From NCBI RefSeq assembly GCF_009914755.1, contig NC_060933.1: DNA of 64,000 nt; one strand, written 5' to 3'. This DNA is from the human T2T-CHM13v2.0 reference genome, Homo sapiens. Position 1 is the first letter of the stretch. The number at the start of each line of letters is the position of its first letter. Below, in pieces: positions 1 through 24,026 of the stretch. A program made the position numbers and the translations under genes. The notes under the pieces are model-generated. The model made no database searches and had not been told where the DNA came from. It saw nothing but the letters and a program-made list of their open reading frames with translations.

Positions 1-189
1 AACATACAAATTCAAAGGTCAGAAAACAACACTAGAGGGAACTCACTACTATGAATAAGAAGCTAACTCCATATGTGACCAGCTGCAGTTCAACCTTTCT
101 CCTCCTCCTTCCTGCTCATCAAAATTCTCTCCTCCTTCAAGGCCCAGCACCCTCCCAGTTTCACAGTCAAGCACTCATTCTCCTATCTA

Positions 190-1180
190 GGTCACTCATT
201 CAAGTATCTACTGAAACTCTACCATGCGTAAGAGCTTGGTGGTCATGGGTAAAAAGAGTGGAGAGGGAAGAGGCATGGATGTTGTCCAGGCTTACCTCAC
301 AAGTATATGATAACTGCATGTAGAAAGAAAATAACAGAAGGCCTAGGACAGACTGTTTGCGAACAACAGCATTTAAATGCAGGAGAAGGAAAGTCTGAAA
401 AAGGGAATGGTAGGCAACAGACAAAAATAAAAAGAAAACGTGGGGTCAGAATAATTAAGAAAGATTTTCCTAGGAGACAGCAGTCAACCATTTCAAATGA
501 TGCAAAAAGATCATGCAAGATAAGAATTGAAAAGAATCCAGTTAATTCAGCAATAGAGTTCACACCTGACCTTGGCTCAAGCAGTTTCAATGAAGTGGTA
601 GAGAAAAAAGCAGACTGTACAGGGTAGAGGAATCAGTGGAAGATTAAAAAGGATGTGAGGAATACAGTAAATGACAACTCTTTAGAAACTTTTAGTTATG
701 AAAGGGGAGGGGAACAGTTATTTTTCATTATTTCAATCAAATAAGAGCTCTGAGCACATTTAAATAGCAAAAGGAAAAAGCCACTAGAGAGAAAGAAACT
801 GAAGAGGGAAAAAATTATTAGACTGTGACCCTGAGAATATGGGAGAGATTAGGATTCAGCACAAGGTCTGAGGAATTACCTTAGATAGGACAGGAAGGCC
901 ATCTCTGCCATTGTAACAGGAGGGAAACAGGAAGACTGCTGTTGATAAAATCAATCTTATAAATTTTATGGAAGGGCCTGAAAGAATTCCCTTCTGATGG
1001 TTTCTATTATTTCTGTAAAATAGAAGGCACAGTCTTCTTCTGAGATTTGGAGAGCAGAGGGCAAGTGGGCAGCGTGACAATGGTAGGAAAAGGCTTGCCC
1101 CAGAGTGAAGAAGAGAAGAAAATTGACTGGTAAAATGAACTACAAATGTGAAGAAAGTGTAAAGGACCCAATTGAGGTTA
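190..1180 (-). mobile_element. Degraded L2-like LINE fragments
   Basis: catt-caa-type L2 3' end signature followed by purine-rich, highly diverged sequence. Confidence 0.45.
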
Positions 1181-1779
1181 GTGAATATAAATTTACAGCA
1201 GCATTAATCCACACAGTCAAACAAATAAAAAATAAATCTCCTATCCTTTCTTCCCCCTACCCCTATAGCATTTATATCAGTGTCTAATCACTGAAAAAAT
1301 ACAAACATATACAGACAACGTTTTCCAAACCTTCAGTTATAAATGTGATTTAGGAAAATATCCTTTATTTCACATCAACCAACTAAGGAGAATTTCTGCT
1401 AAAAGAAGTATCTAGATTTTGTGTGCATATACATACACACATGAGAAACACACATTAAAAAAGTATAAAATTCCTCCTTTGCATATATTATGGGGACAAT
1501 TCTAAATGGGCTATTATTTATAAACTATACATTATTAATATAGACTTGTGAAAGCCCAACTAATGATTCTCTCCGAGAGTCTAAGATATAAAGGAGCCAA
1601 CGGACCTATATTTTCATGTCAGATACATTACTGGTTTTAGTTAGTAAACTAAACCTCTCTAAGGTTATTAATGAACTTGTCTATTAGGAACAGCATAAGA
1701 TTGCTTCATAAGAATGTTGTGAAACATTATATAATGTTATATATGGCTATCATATTACAGATGTAGCTTTTATATTCTT

Positions 1780-2535
1780 GTGTAATAAAGAATTTAGGTG
1801 ACCTCTGTCCATGTTCCTGAGAGGAAAGCACTAAACCCTTGGGATTTCCCCAGTAACTGAAGTGCCTTTGTTATTCATGGTGGGACCCTCTAATCACATT
1901 TGATAACTTACACTGAGGAAGTAACTCATAGTGGGCCCCAGATTGTTTACGCTAAGAGATAACTCAGGATGGGGGTTGATCACACTAGAAAGACTAATCA
2001 TCTTGCAGGTTTTCAGCCAGGTGATTAGGGGAGGTGGACAAGGGGAAGGGTTGGAGAGGGAGAGGAGGGTGGGGGGGGTGTTAGAAATTGAGTCACATGG
2101 GCAATGATCCAATCAATCAATCACACCTGGTCAATAAAACCCTGGACACCAAAGTTCAGGTGAGCCGGTGAGCTTCTATGATCAGCAGTGCATTGTGTGT
2201 ATTATCACACATTGCTATACTGGGAAAGTACCCTGACACAACACAAGCTTTGCATCTGGAACCCTCTCAGGCCTTGCCCTACATGTCTCTCCCTTTGGCT
2301 GGTTTTAACTTGCATCCTTTTCTATAAAACCATAACCATAAATACAGGGCTTTCCTGAGTTCTGACTCGTTCTAGCTAATGATTAAACCTGAGGGGGTCC
2401 ATGGAGACCCCCAAATCTGTATCCAATAGGTCAAAAGTGAGGGTGGCTCTGGGATAACAGGAACTTGTAGGTGGCATATGAAGTCGATTCAGTCTAGTGG
2501 AGGGCTATGCCCTTAACTGGTTAGGTTTGGCAGAG
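1780..2535 (+). mobile_element. MER21-family solo LTR
   Basis: Recognisable segments (aaacccttgggatttcc...tttgttattcat, caataaaaccctggacacc, ttcctgagttctg). Confidence 0.65.
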
Positions 2536-2669
2536 TAATTATATATGATATAAAATATTTTCCATATGTTATATAAATATTGTATATAATTATCTCTCAG
2601 AATACATTATTCCTTTAATTTTACCTTTTTCTTTTTTTTTCCCCTTAAGCTCAGTGGCAAGAAGAAATT

Positions 2670-2812
2670 ATTATCTTTTTCTTTTTTGTATTTTTTGTAG
2701 AAATGAGGTCTATGTTGCCCAGGCTGCTTGTGAACTCCTGGCCTCAAGCGATCCTCCTGCCTCAAACTCCCAAAGTGCTGGAATTACAGGTATGAGCCAT
2801 CATATTTGGCTA
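2670..2812 (-). mobile_element. FLAM/AluJ monomer
   Basis: Reverse Alu left-arm motifs with a poly-T tail. Confidence 0.8.
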
Positions 2813-4576
2813 ATTTTACCTCCTTTTTAAATAAAGCTGACTACTACTACAAAAATAAGTATTTTAATAAATCAGAAGTCTACGAAATATTTGAGAACAC
2901 ACATTCCATCAGCTGGGAGCAAAATATGAATTATTAGTAGAATCCCACCTAGAGTAGGAATCCTATGCTAGGTATGTTAATAACCCCATTTACTACCACC
3001 AAAGGAAAACTGAGCCAGGCCAGAAAGCTAAAAATCCCATGTGACAATACCTCAGAGACACAAGAGCTCATCATACGGAGGCATAACTTAGTACAAAGTC
3101 ATAATTACATGATTTTAAGGGGCTTTTTTAATTACTTCTAAAGACAGACCACAATGATACAACTCACAATTATAAATTCTGCTTTAAAAAACTGGTTCAT
3201 TCTAAATTACCACAAATATGAACTGTATTATTTAAAAACCTCCCCACACAAAAAAATGGCAGGACCTTATGAATTCGCTGGTAAATTCTCCTTCATAACT
3301 TCTTCCAGAGAAGAGAAAAAGGTGGGGTAAAGGGATGGCAGGGGAACACATCCCTGAATGTTAAGAGGCCAGAATAACCTTGATACCAAACAAGGGTATC
3401 CCCAGAAAGATAAAAGCAAATAAAAGATATTTCTCATGAATATAGACGCAAATGAGATAATAAAATAATATTTAAATCATAATACATAAAATAAGTAAAA
3501 AATATGAGTCAAATCCAGCGATACATAAAAAGGATAATACATCATACAAAAATTGGATTTATTCCAAAGATGCAAAGTTGGTTTAATATTGAAAATCAGT
3601 GTAATCTGCCACATTAACACAATAGAGAATAACAATCATATGATCATCTCAATATATACAGAAAAGGCATTTGATCAAATTCAACATCTCTTCATGCTAA
3701 ATAGATGGGAACAAACTATTCATGTTGAAGAGACAAGGAAGAAAAGAGAACTTCCTTAATCTGATAAGAGATTTTTATAAAAACTTACAGCAAACATTAT
3801 ATCTAAAGGTAAAATACCAAACACTTTTCCTCTGAGTTCAGGAACAAGGTAAAGATGTTCACTATTACCAATTCTATTCAAATTTGTACTGCAAATTTTA
3901 TTCAGAGCAATAAGACAAAGAAAAATAAAATGCATTAAGATTACAAAGGAAGAAATAATATTTTCATTATTTAAAGATAATGATTGGTACACAAAAAATC
4001 CAAAACAATCTATGGAAAAATTAATAGAATAACAAAATACACAAATCAATTGGTTTCCTATATAATAGTAATAAACCATTAGAAAACAAAATTTGAAAAC
4101 ACCTATTACAATGACATCAAAACACATCGAATAGCTGGGAATTAATCTAGGGAAAAATGTGTAAGACCTCTACACAGAAAACTAAAATACACCGCTACAA
4201 GAAATTAAGGAAAACTTAAAAGATACACCATATTCACAGATTAGAAAATATTAATAAGATGTCAATTCTCCCCAAATTGACCTATAGACAATATAATCCA
4301 AGCACAATCCATCAGATAACTTGGGTAACACTAAAAAGCTGATCCTAGAGCCAGGCACAGTGGCTCGAGCCTATAGTGGTTCCAGGCCAGCCTGGGCAAC
4401 ACAGGAAGATACTAACTATCTCAATCAATGAATGAGTGGATGAATAATCTTTAAATGTGTGGATACCACTAGAAGAAAAAAAAAAGTTGATTCTTTCTAT
4501 AATTTAAAGAAATGCAAAGGACCAAGATTTGCCAAAACTATCTTGAAGAGGAAAAACAGCTAGAAGACTTTGGTCA

Positions 4577-4936
<360 letters not shown>

Positions 4937-5128
4937 CTAACAAAAAATAAGTAGACCACTTGAACAAAATAGAAAATGTGTAAAAGACAAACAGGTATAT
5001 AGTCACCTGGTTTAAACAGAGGTGTCACTGCAATGTAGTGAGTAAATGATGGTCTTTTCAATAAATGGTGTTAAATCAACTGTATTCCAATATGGGAGAA
5101 CAATATTTAATCCCTACCTCACACCATA

Positions 5129-5497
5129 TCTATTAGTCCGTTTTCATGATGCTGATAAAGACATATCCAAGACTAGAGAATTCACAAAGGAAAGAGGTTT
5201 AATGGAGAACTACAGTTCCATGTGGATAGGGAAGCCTTTCAATCATGGCAGAAGGCAAGGAGGAGCAAGTCACATCTTAACATGGATGGCAGCAGGCAAA
5301 GGGACAGCTTGTACAGGCAAACTCCCGTTTCTGAAACCATCAGATCTCCTAAGACCCACTCGCTATCACGAGAACAGCATGGGAAAGACTCACTCCCATG
5401 ATTCAATCATCTCCCACTGCATCCCTCCCACAGCACATGGGAATTATGGGAGCTACAAGATGAGATTTGGACGGGGACACAGAGCCAAACCATATCA
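5129..5497 (-). mobile_element. THE1 (MaLR) solo LTR inserted in L1
   Basis: Minus strand begins TGATATGGTTTGGCTCTGTGTCCCC and ends ...AAACGGACTAATAGA; about 370 bp. Confidence 0.9.
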
Positions 5498-6135
5498 TCA
5501 AACAAAAAGAAAATCAATTCCAGATGGATCATAAATCTAAATGTCAAAGGTAAAACAATAAAGTTTCTAGAGAAATAAAGAATATTCTCATTACCTCGAG
5601 ATAGGAAAAGATATCTTAAAACAAGAAGCTAGATGGTAAGGGAGTCTGAAAAATATGATTAGCAGAATCTGTCCCAAAGAGTAGTTTATAACTGTGGAGC
5701 TGGAAATAACCGTCACTGAAAGAAACTTTCATAATCTGACAAAAAGCATCTATGTAAAATCTACAGCAAATATATCTCATACAAAATCAGAAACAAGATG
5801 TGCACTATCATCACTTCCAAGCAAATTGAACTGGAACTGCTAGAAAATGCAATATGGAAGTAGGAGATACTAAAAACTGTCAGTATTCACAGATTACATG
5901 ATATTTATGGGATAGGGTATGTAAAATAAGAAAGTTAATTATGTTGCATACAAGATCAGAGTACAGAAGTCAACTGAGATAAATGAGAACAAAGTATCAA
6001 TGTAGTTTTTAAAAACATATAATTAACAATGGCAATAAAACTACAAGTTATCTGGAAATAAATCTAATGAAACATGTCATAGTCCTTTACAGAGAAAATT
6101 ATAATCCTAACTATAATTCATAAGATCTAAATTAA

Positions 6136-6463
<328 letters not shown>

Positions 6464-7568
6464 TACATTCATGGATTTCCATGTCAGGATAGGTTAGTGA
6501 TAATAACCCCCAAATTTCCATGGCTTAAAAACAACCAACATTAGTTTCTCACTTAGACCATGCCTCAGTCATAGATCAGGAGGAGGGCTCTGCTCACTAC
6601 AGTCGGCTGATAGAGCCAACACCATCTCAAACACCGCTAGTTAGTGCCATATCCTCAATCCTTCTGGCTCAATTCAACCCTTCTGTGGTGAAACTTCTGT
6701 GGTGAATCACATGTCTCTCACTGTGTCCCCAGCACTAAATTCTATTTTGTGCCCAAAAGAGAGAACTAGAAATATCTGGTAAACAGCACTAATGCTCACA
6801 AATAAACTCAATATTGCAAAGATGGGAAGCCCCCAACAGTCAAACATTCTCTACAGAAAACAGAGTGCTTTGTGAAAGCTGAAAAAAATTATAAAATTCC
6901 TTTGGAATATGAATGGAACAGAGTATGAAACAGCAAAGAGCCAAGAGTAACTGTCAATTTTCCATAAAAGTGCAGTAGGAGTGGCTCAATCAGATTTCAA
7001 GACTTATAAAGCTATGACAATTATTAAGATTGAGTGTGACAAAAGCACCGGTCAGCAAATAGACAAATCAATAGATTAAAACAGAGAACACAGAAAGAGA
7101 ACTGGGAATACATGAAAACTTGAGATTGACAAAAATGCCATTAAGAATCAGAGAACAATGGACTACACATCAGAAAAAAAAAGATTCAAATCTAACAGTA
7201 CCAAATGTTGGCAAAGATGGGAAACAAACCAAGAACTCTGGTCCACTACTGATGGGGTACATATTGATACAATCTCTGAAGAGCAATTCTGCAGTAAAGA
7301 CATCTCTAGCAAAGTTGAAGAGGAACATACCCTTCCACCTAGCAATTCTGCCATTCAAGAAGCCCATCTACAAACTGTTTATCACCAGTCAGCAAAGAGA
7401 TAAGGAACACTTTTTATTGAAAAAGTGCTTCTAGAATAAGAAGTGTTAAATAAATTAACAGTGATAGTTGATTTACATTTTGATGCAAGTTCCTTATTTG
7501 CAAGAAATAACTCCCTAATGCTCAGACAACACTTTATGTAACACCGTCCTAGAAAAAAACTCTCCCAG

Positions 7569-10328
<2,760 letters not shown>

Positions 10329-10610
10329 CATTTATTTTCCTTTAAATAATTCAAATTTATCTTATTCGCCTGTCTTTAGTTTCTCTATCTAAAGACGAAG
10401 AAGGAACACTCCCTCCTCCTACCCGCATAAAAAGAAAACGACCAGTAAAGGTTTAAAGACTTCAGCACATTCTTCAGATCTCTCTCAAAAACACAACTTT
10501 AACTTCTAAATTAGGGAGGAAAAGCTATTTTCTTACAGGACTAGAAAAAACAATAAACCTACAATTACTTATTTTTCCCTCACATCATTATTAATGGAAA
10601 AAGCATGTTA

Positions 10611-10693
10611 AAAAAGAGAAGAGAAAAAAGAAGAGAAGAGATGAGAAAAAAGAAGAGATGAGAAAAGAGAAGAGAAGAGAGAAGAGAAGAGAA
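10611..10693. repeat. (GAGAA)n-type purine-rich simple repeat
   Basis: Directly visible imperfect pentamer tract. Confidence 0.85.
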
Positions 10694-11351
10694 ATCAGTT
10701 TCCTTTCAGGACAACCTGAACATCAAAATAGTCCTTTAAAATTATACAAGAAAAGTATACTATCAAAAGGAATAGAGAAAGGATTCTATTTAAGGCAATG
10801 TTATCCCTGTTTGGTTGAATTTCAGAGGATTCTTTCTGGTTTGTTTAATTATGTGTCATTACTAACTTACTTCATGAGCACGAATTACTTGCGTGAATTT
10901 CTGAGTGACAGGTTTCAGGTTTTTTAAGGTTGCTTAAATTTTCTACAAAAAATATTTTTTTCCTGAATATGAAAGTAAATTTTAAAATACAAATCAGGTT
11001 AGAGGTCTTAAGTAGAAGCTGAAATTGAAGAGAAAGCTGAAAATACCTAAGACCACCGCTAACACCACACGATATTTTTTAAAAGATCTATCAAGTTACT
11101 ACAGAAATATACTACACTATAATAGACGATTTCAGAAAGAAATATTCTCTCTAATGGTATTTACTTTCTTCTGATTCACAGATATAAGTATATAAAATAC
11201 ATCACAGTCACAAAGCAGTTTCACATGGCCTTCTGAGCCTCAGAAAAATGTTGTGAGGTGCACTTATAGATGCATTTATAGACTCACCACCTAACTGACC
11301 TGCCAGAGGTCACCATGTGAATGATACACAGATTCAGAAGCTGAACCCAGG

Positions 11352-11616
<265 letters not shown>

Positions 11617-12037
11617 TTACCCTCCAAGCGCACACTGGAACACAGTACCTGCCTGTAAAGAACTTCTAGTAAAGCAAGTAGTATTAGCTCCAATTTACAG
11701 TTGAGGAAACAGAGCCTTGAAAACATTCTGTTGACCAAGATTCCAAAACTACTAAGTGGCAGGGCTGATTCAAACCCTAGACAGTCCAATGCTCCTTCTA
11801 GCACACTAAATTATAACATGGTTTAAGCGAGAAAGTAGGTGGAGAAGATACTAAATCTTACTAGACAACTGTATACGACGTGACTCCAAACCAGCAGAGA
11901 TGCAGCAGTTACTGCCGAGAGAAGGAAAGGAAGAGAACAGAAAAAGATGAAGAGGAAGGGGTGAACCAGTAAAAGGGCAGAAAATCAAGCACTCTTAAAA
12001 CAAGGCCTTTTCCTAGGACATACCAATTCTGGGCAAA

Positions 12038-12045
12038 GAGAGTGA

Positions 12046-12078
<33 letters not shown>

Positions 12079-12143
12079 TGTGTGTGTGTTTCATGTCCAA
12101 GCTCAAACGTGTGTGTGTGTGTGTTTCACGTCCAAGCTGAAAC
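12038..12143. repeat. Compound (GA)n(GT)n microsatellite with a short tandem duplication
   Basis: (GT)n-ttcaYgtccaagctSaaac occurs twice in tandem. Confidence 0.85.
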
Positions 12144-12506
12144 ATTTTCAGAAGTGGGAGCCCAGAAACTAAGAAAAGAATAAGAAACTAAAGTATAGGG
12201 AATTCACAAAAATTGGAAATATCAGGCTGGAAGGTAGGGAAGAGAATGGACTCTGACAGTCAGTACAATTAGGAGTTTGAGGCTAAAACTATGGAAAAAT
12301 AAGGAAGCCCTAGTTGGCATCTAGATTTTGTGTGTAATACTAGTATTTTCTGGTAGATCAATCCTGTGAATTATAAATCTAACCAGATACTAACCGGAAG
12401 TTAAAGTCCACTTCATCTATCTGAAATATCATCTCAATTCCCCAAAAGCCACTCTAATACTTGGCAAAACCCAAATGAGGCCAGCAGGATGCTTCTTTAA
12501 GAATTA

Positions 12507-14047
<1,541 letters not shown>

Positions 14048-14164
14048 CTACTTCAAACTCCCTGCCAATCCAGCATAGCCCAAAACAAGGCTACCCCTCC
14101 CTGATCATATTGCTTACCACCCCGCACCCACTTCCCCACAACCCCATCATGTCCTCTCCTCCCG

Positions 14165-14165
<1 letters not shown>

Positions 14166-14219
<54 letters not shown>
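14166..14219. repeat. (CA)27 perfect microsatellite
   Basis: Directly visible. Confidence 0.95.
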
Positions 14220-14222
<3 letters not shown>

Positions 14223-15251
14223 GAAGGGGAGGAAATCATAGGAGTAGCTTGGCAAGACTGGGCCAGGTGACAAGACAGAAGCCCTAGATTTAATGAGTAA
14301 GTGCTAGACTCCCAACACTGAGGTCCACAAGGCCCTTTCCCCCAGAGACAGCAGCTGGCAGAGATACTCAGTTAGAAATCGGTTTTAGGAGGTGACAAGC
14401 AGGAAAGATTACTTCAGCTTGTGAAAGCTAGCTTAGAGGAAATAATATATACTATGCAAGAGTTCAGACTGCATAAAAGTCTAATGTACGATCGTTAAGA
14501 TCCACCCAAAGCAGCTAATTACTTAGAACAATGCTCATATGGGTGTGTAAGCCCTAGAATGTTCTTTATTTAAATCACTATTTAAATCCTAGCAGTTGTA
14601 GCTTCACTTTGCCTTCAGTATATCATAATGACATTAACACATCAATCACAAGCCCAAAAGCTCTAGGAGTTAAAGAATCTAGGAGAGAAGAAACAATGTC
14701 CTCACTGCTCTTCTAAACAATTCTTCCCATCTCCCAATTTTTCATTTCTCTAAACGCCCAAGGAATAAAGATTTGTGAAAACAGCAAAAACAGGCCAAAA
14801 TTTATTTTAAAGTTGAATTCTGGTTTTAAAATTATCCCATCCCTCAAAATTTCACCTAAATGAATAAGACATTTTGTATCATCAGCAGCAATATATATAC
14901 CAAAACATAGTAGAATGCATAGGAGGGGTGGGGAGAAGGGGTCTAACAGTTAAATTAGAAGATAGCAACAAAAAGCACTTTTGGATTGAAGCTACAAAAT
15001 CCCAGGAACTCACTGGATATTGAGTCCATGATATCAGAGAATTACAATCTGAATTTACAGAGTTTCAATCAAAAGACCATCTGATATCATCCAAGAGTGA
15101 AAATGACACCATACTCTTATTCTGCCTTAGAATGAAGTAGAATTAAATGGCTTTTCTCAAAATCACAATGCATGACAAAATGGCAGAATTAGAAACATCC
15201 AATTACCATGAAGATGCCTCCTTCATACCTCTTCTCACAAATAGAACAACT

Positions 15252-16086
15252 GGCTGGGCATGGTGGCTCACACCTAAAATCATGACACTTTGGGGGGCCC
15301 AGGTAGGAGTATAGCTTGAGCTCAGGAGTTCCAGACCAGCCTAGGTAACACACAGAGACTCTGTCTCTACCAAAAAAAAAAATTAGCCAGGCATGGTGGC
15401 ACACAACTATGATCCCAGCTACTTGGGAGGCTGAGGTGGGAGGATCCACTTGAGCCCAGGAGGTCAAGGCTGCAGTGAGCCATGATCGTGCCACTGCACT
15501 CTAGCCTGGGCAACAAAGGAAGACCCTGTGTCAAAAAATAAAAATAAAACAAAATGTAGTCCCAGCTACTAGAGAGGCTGAGGTGGGAGGATCGCCTGAG
15601 CCCAGGAGATCAAGGTGGCAGTTAGCCATGATTGTGCCACTGTATTCCAGTCTGGGTGACACAGCGAGACCCTGTCTCAAAAAAAAATTAAAAAATTTAA
15701 AAAACAAAAACCTCCATGATGGCATTCCTCGAGCATGTAAAATGACTTTTTGTGATTGTGGCACACAAAGTTGTTTGTAAACGATCACCCATCGTCTTTT
15801 CCTTGTGCACAGTGCTAAATAACATCTCCAAGGGAGGCTGAGGTAGGTGGATCGCCTGAGCCCAGGAGTTCGAGACCAGCCTTCATGGCAAAACCCCATC
15901 TCTACTAAAAATATAAAAATTAGCCAGGTGTGATGGCATGCACCTGTAGTCCCAGCTACTCGGTGGGGCTGAGGCAGGAGGATCACTTGAGCCTTGGGAG
16001 ATCAAGGCTACAATGAGCCATGACTGCCCCACTGCACTCCTGCCTGGACAACAGAGTGAGACACTGTCTCCAAAAAAAAAAAAAAA
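15252..16086 (+). mobile_element. AluJ cluster (full 15252-15545, right arm 15555-15690, truncated 15832-16086)
   Basis: AluJ diagnostics gagcccaggagg and ggctgcagtgagccatgat. Confidence 0.88.
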
Positions 16087-16327
16087 GACTTCAAGTTTTA
16101 TCTTTTTCTTCTTTTTGCAAATTATTTTTATGTTTAGCATTACAGAGAATAGAGGCTTCAGGCATTTGTAAATTAACATGAACTTCACCAATTTTCTCAG
16201 GCTAGCTAGAAAAGGAAAAAAAAAAAACATGAAGATCTTGGGGGGAAATTGCTACCTGATAACCTATGCATTTTTAAATGCTGCTACAAAAAAAATGCAC
16301 ACATCCTAAGGAACTAAATCTACTAAC

Positions 16328-16349
16328 CTCTACAATCAATGTGATACAT
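16328..16349 (-). CDS. ECPAS: ECPAS alternative start MYHIDCR + 1 nt
   Basis: ACC ATG TAT CAC ATT GAT TGT AGA G|gt: A at -3, phase-1 donor. Matches the recalled isoform N-terminus MYHIDCRDQLERVF. Confidence 0.85.
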
Positions 16350-16352
16350 GGT

Positions 16353-16412
16353 TTATCCAATCTTGACAAAAATCCTCGGGATCACCAATGGTACGTTCAT
16401 CCACTCGTACAT
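16353..16412 (-). CDS. Putative uORF, 19 aa MYEWMNVPLVIPRIFVKIG*
   Basis: ATG at 16412-16410 to TAA at 16355-16353, followed by ACC ATG of the MYHIDCR start in the same frame. The ORF is seen directly; its translation is unproven. Confidence 0.45.
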   Translation of the reverse strand: MYEWMNVPLVIPRIFVKIG

Positions 16413-16968
16413 ATGCAATTGTATAAAGAATCTATTATTTAGAACACCAAAAAAATACAATTAACAGATGTATATGCATAGCTACAATTTTAAGAAAAAA
16501 ATAAGCACTTTTCATTTCTTGTTAGATCTTTGATGCCCTGCTTTGCAAATTCAGTATGAGGAAAAAAAATTATAATGACTATCAAATTTGAGAAAGAATA
16601 AGGCCTATGTCCACAAACCAAATTTACTGAGAACATGCTAATACTTCAAAAAATACACTGATAATCATTTGCTGAAGACTTAAAATCTCTAATACCAATG
16701 CAACATATTTTATCATATATGTATATGTGTGTATATATATCATAAATATATAAACTGTTACATTAATTAGAAGTGTTTCAATTACATAATAGTTTTATAA
16801 GAAGTGTTACTAAACATGTATACATGTTTTTAGCACATTACATATGAGAACGCAAATGGCTGACAGACATAACCCCGGCCACCGCTGACCTCTCTTAGCA
16901 CTCTTCATCTCCTTTCTCTGATTATCTTCCTCTCGCTCTTAAATACGTATACACGTGGCTCCCAGTCA

Positions 16969-19180
<2,212 letters not shown>

Positions 19181-20005
19181 ACCCAGAATGCAGTGAAAGT
19201 AAAAAAATCAGAATGGAAATTAATAAAAAATAGAAATATCCGTGGTCATTTTTCCATCTTAACTTTCCTATTTGGTTAAGTAACTAAAATTTAAATGATA
19301 CAGGCTTGCCTTGGCCTTTCTACAAAGATCAGCTTGGAAGCCTGTATTCTGGTCATTTAAGCAATTAGCTCTTAGGGGCTATTTCAGTATGGTCACAGAA
19401 TCATGTTCAACACACAGCTTCCCAAATCTCATCCTCTAAAAGAGCTACCAGGATTCCCAGCACTAGCAGAGGCTCTCTCAGAAGACACCTGACATGCTGA
19501 TTATCTGGCCAACTTTTGCAACTGAAGTTTCCCATGGCTATGTCAAATGGTCAAATTGAATAGTGCATCCTTCAAGATTATAGGCTGTTGCTCCTTCATG
19601 AGTTGCCTTTATCCCAACGAAGATCAGATTCTAAGGATGCCTTATAATTATAAAGCCCAGAATACGAAACCACTAAACAGCTGACCAGGTGAAAAGTCTC
19701 AAATGCTTCCTTCCCTGTTGGAAATCTCTCAACCCACTCCTGAAATATTAACTATAATGTCAACTTTTCCATAAAGTGGCAGAAGATAGTATTAGCAGAA
19801 AAACTAGCCACATGTCTTGCATTGAATTTCATTTCATTTGCAATAGTTATAATCACTCTAAGCATAAGGAAAGAAAGCTACAGGCTCTGACCTAAACTAA
19901 TTTACAAACTAGATTTCAGAACTGCCTTTAACAGTCAAAACTAATGGTTTTCTTTTTTGGCAACATACCCAAAAATCTACTATGTTCTGTTCAGTAACAT
20001 CAGAA

Positions 20006-20842
<837 letters not shown>

Positions 20843-21247
20843 TGATTGCCACATCTTATACACTACAGAAGGTTCTTTCTGGATACTGCGCCTGGCCCCG
20901 ATTGCCACATTTTATACACTACAGAAGGTTCTCTCTGGATACTAGTTAGACACACACACACACACAAAAAGCCATTTTGATCTTGTTATGAACTATATAT
21001 TCTCCCATGCAGGACAGGAATAACACAGTAGTAGTAGGGCAGAATTAATACAAATTTTGCAATCAGAGAATCTAAGTTCAAGTCCTAACTGTCTAATGAG
21101 GGTAGCTCTACCCCTGAGACAGTACCAGTACCAAACTCACAGGGTTGTTCTGAGGATTCAATTAGTTGATACATGCAAAACAATTAGAACACACGGTAAA
21201 CACACAATAAATAAACAGCTTTACTATTCTTCTATTATAATCACTGA

Positions 21248-24026
<2,779 letters not shown>

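Larger units (their letters stand above)
16328..16431 (-). other. ECPAS: ECPAS 104-nt internal exon (5' UTR part plus alternative start)
   Basis: Acceptor ...gtattttttttggtgttctaaataatag|A (AG at 16433-16432) and donor GAG|gttagt (GT at 16327-16326). Non-repetitive sequence between Alu clusters that retains several CpGs. Confidence 0.85.

Noticed and set aside
3553-4127. Reverse-transcriptase-like peptide (HMIISIYTEKAFDQIQH)
   Set aside because: Decayed L1 ORF2 with stops and frameshifts; not an intact element or a novel RT system.
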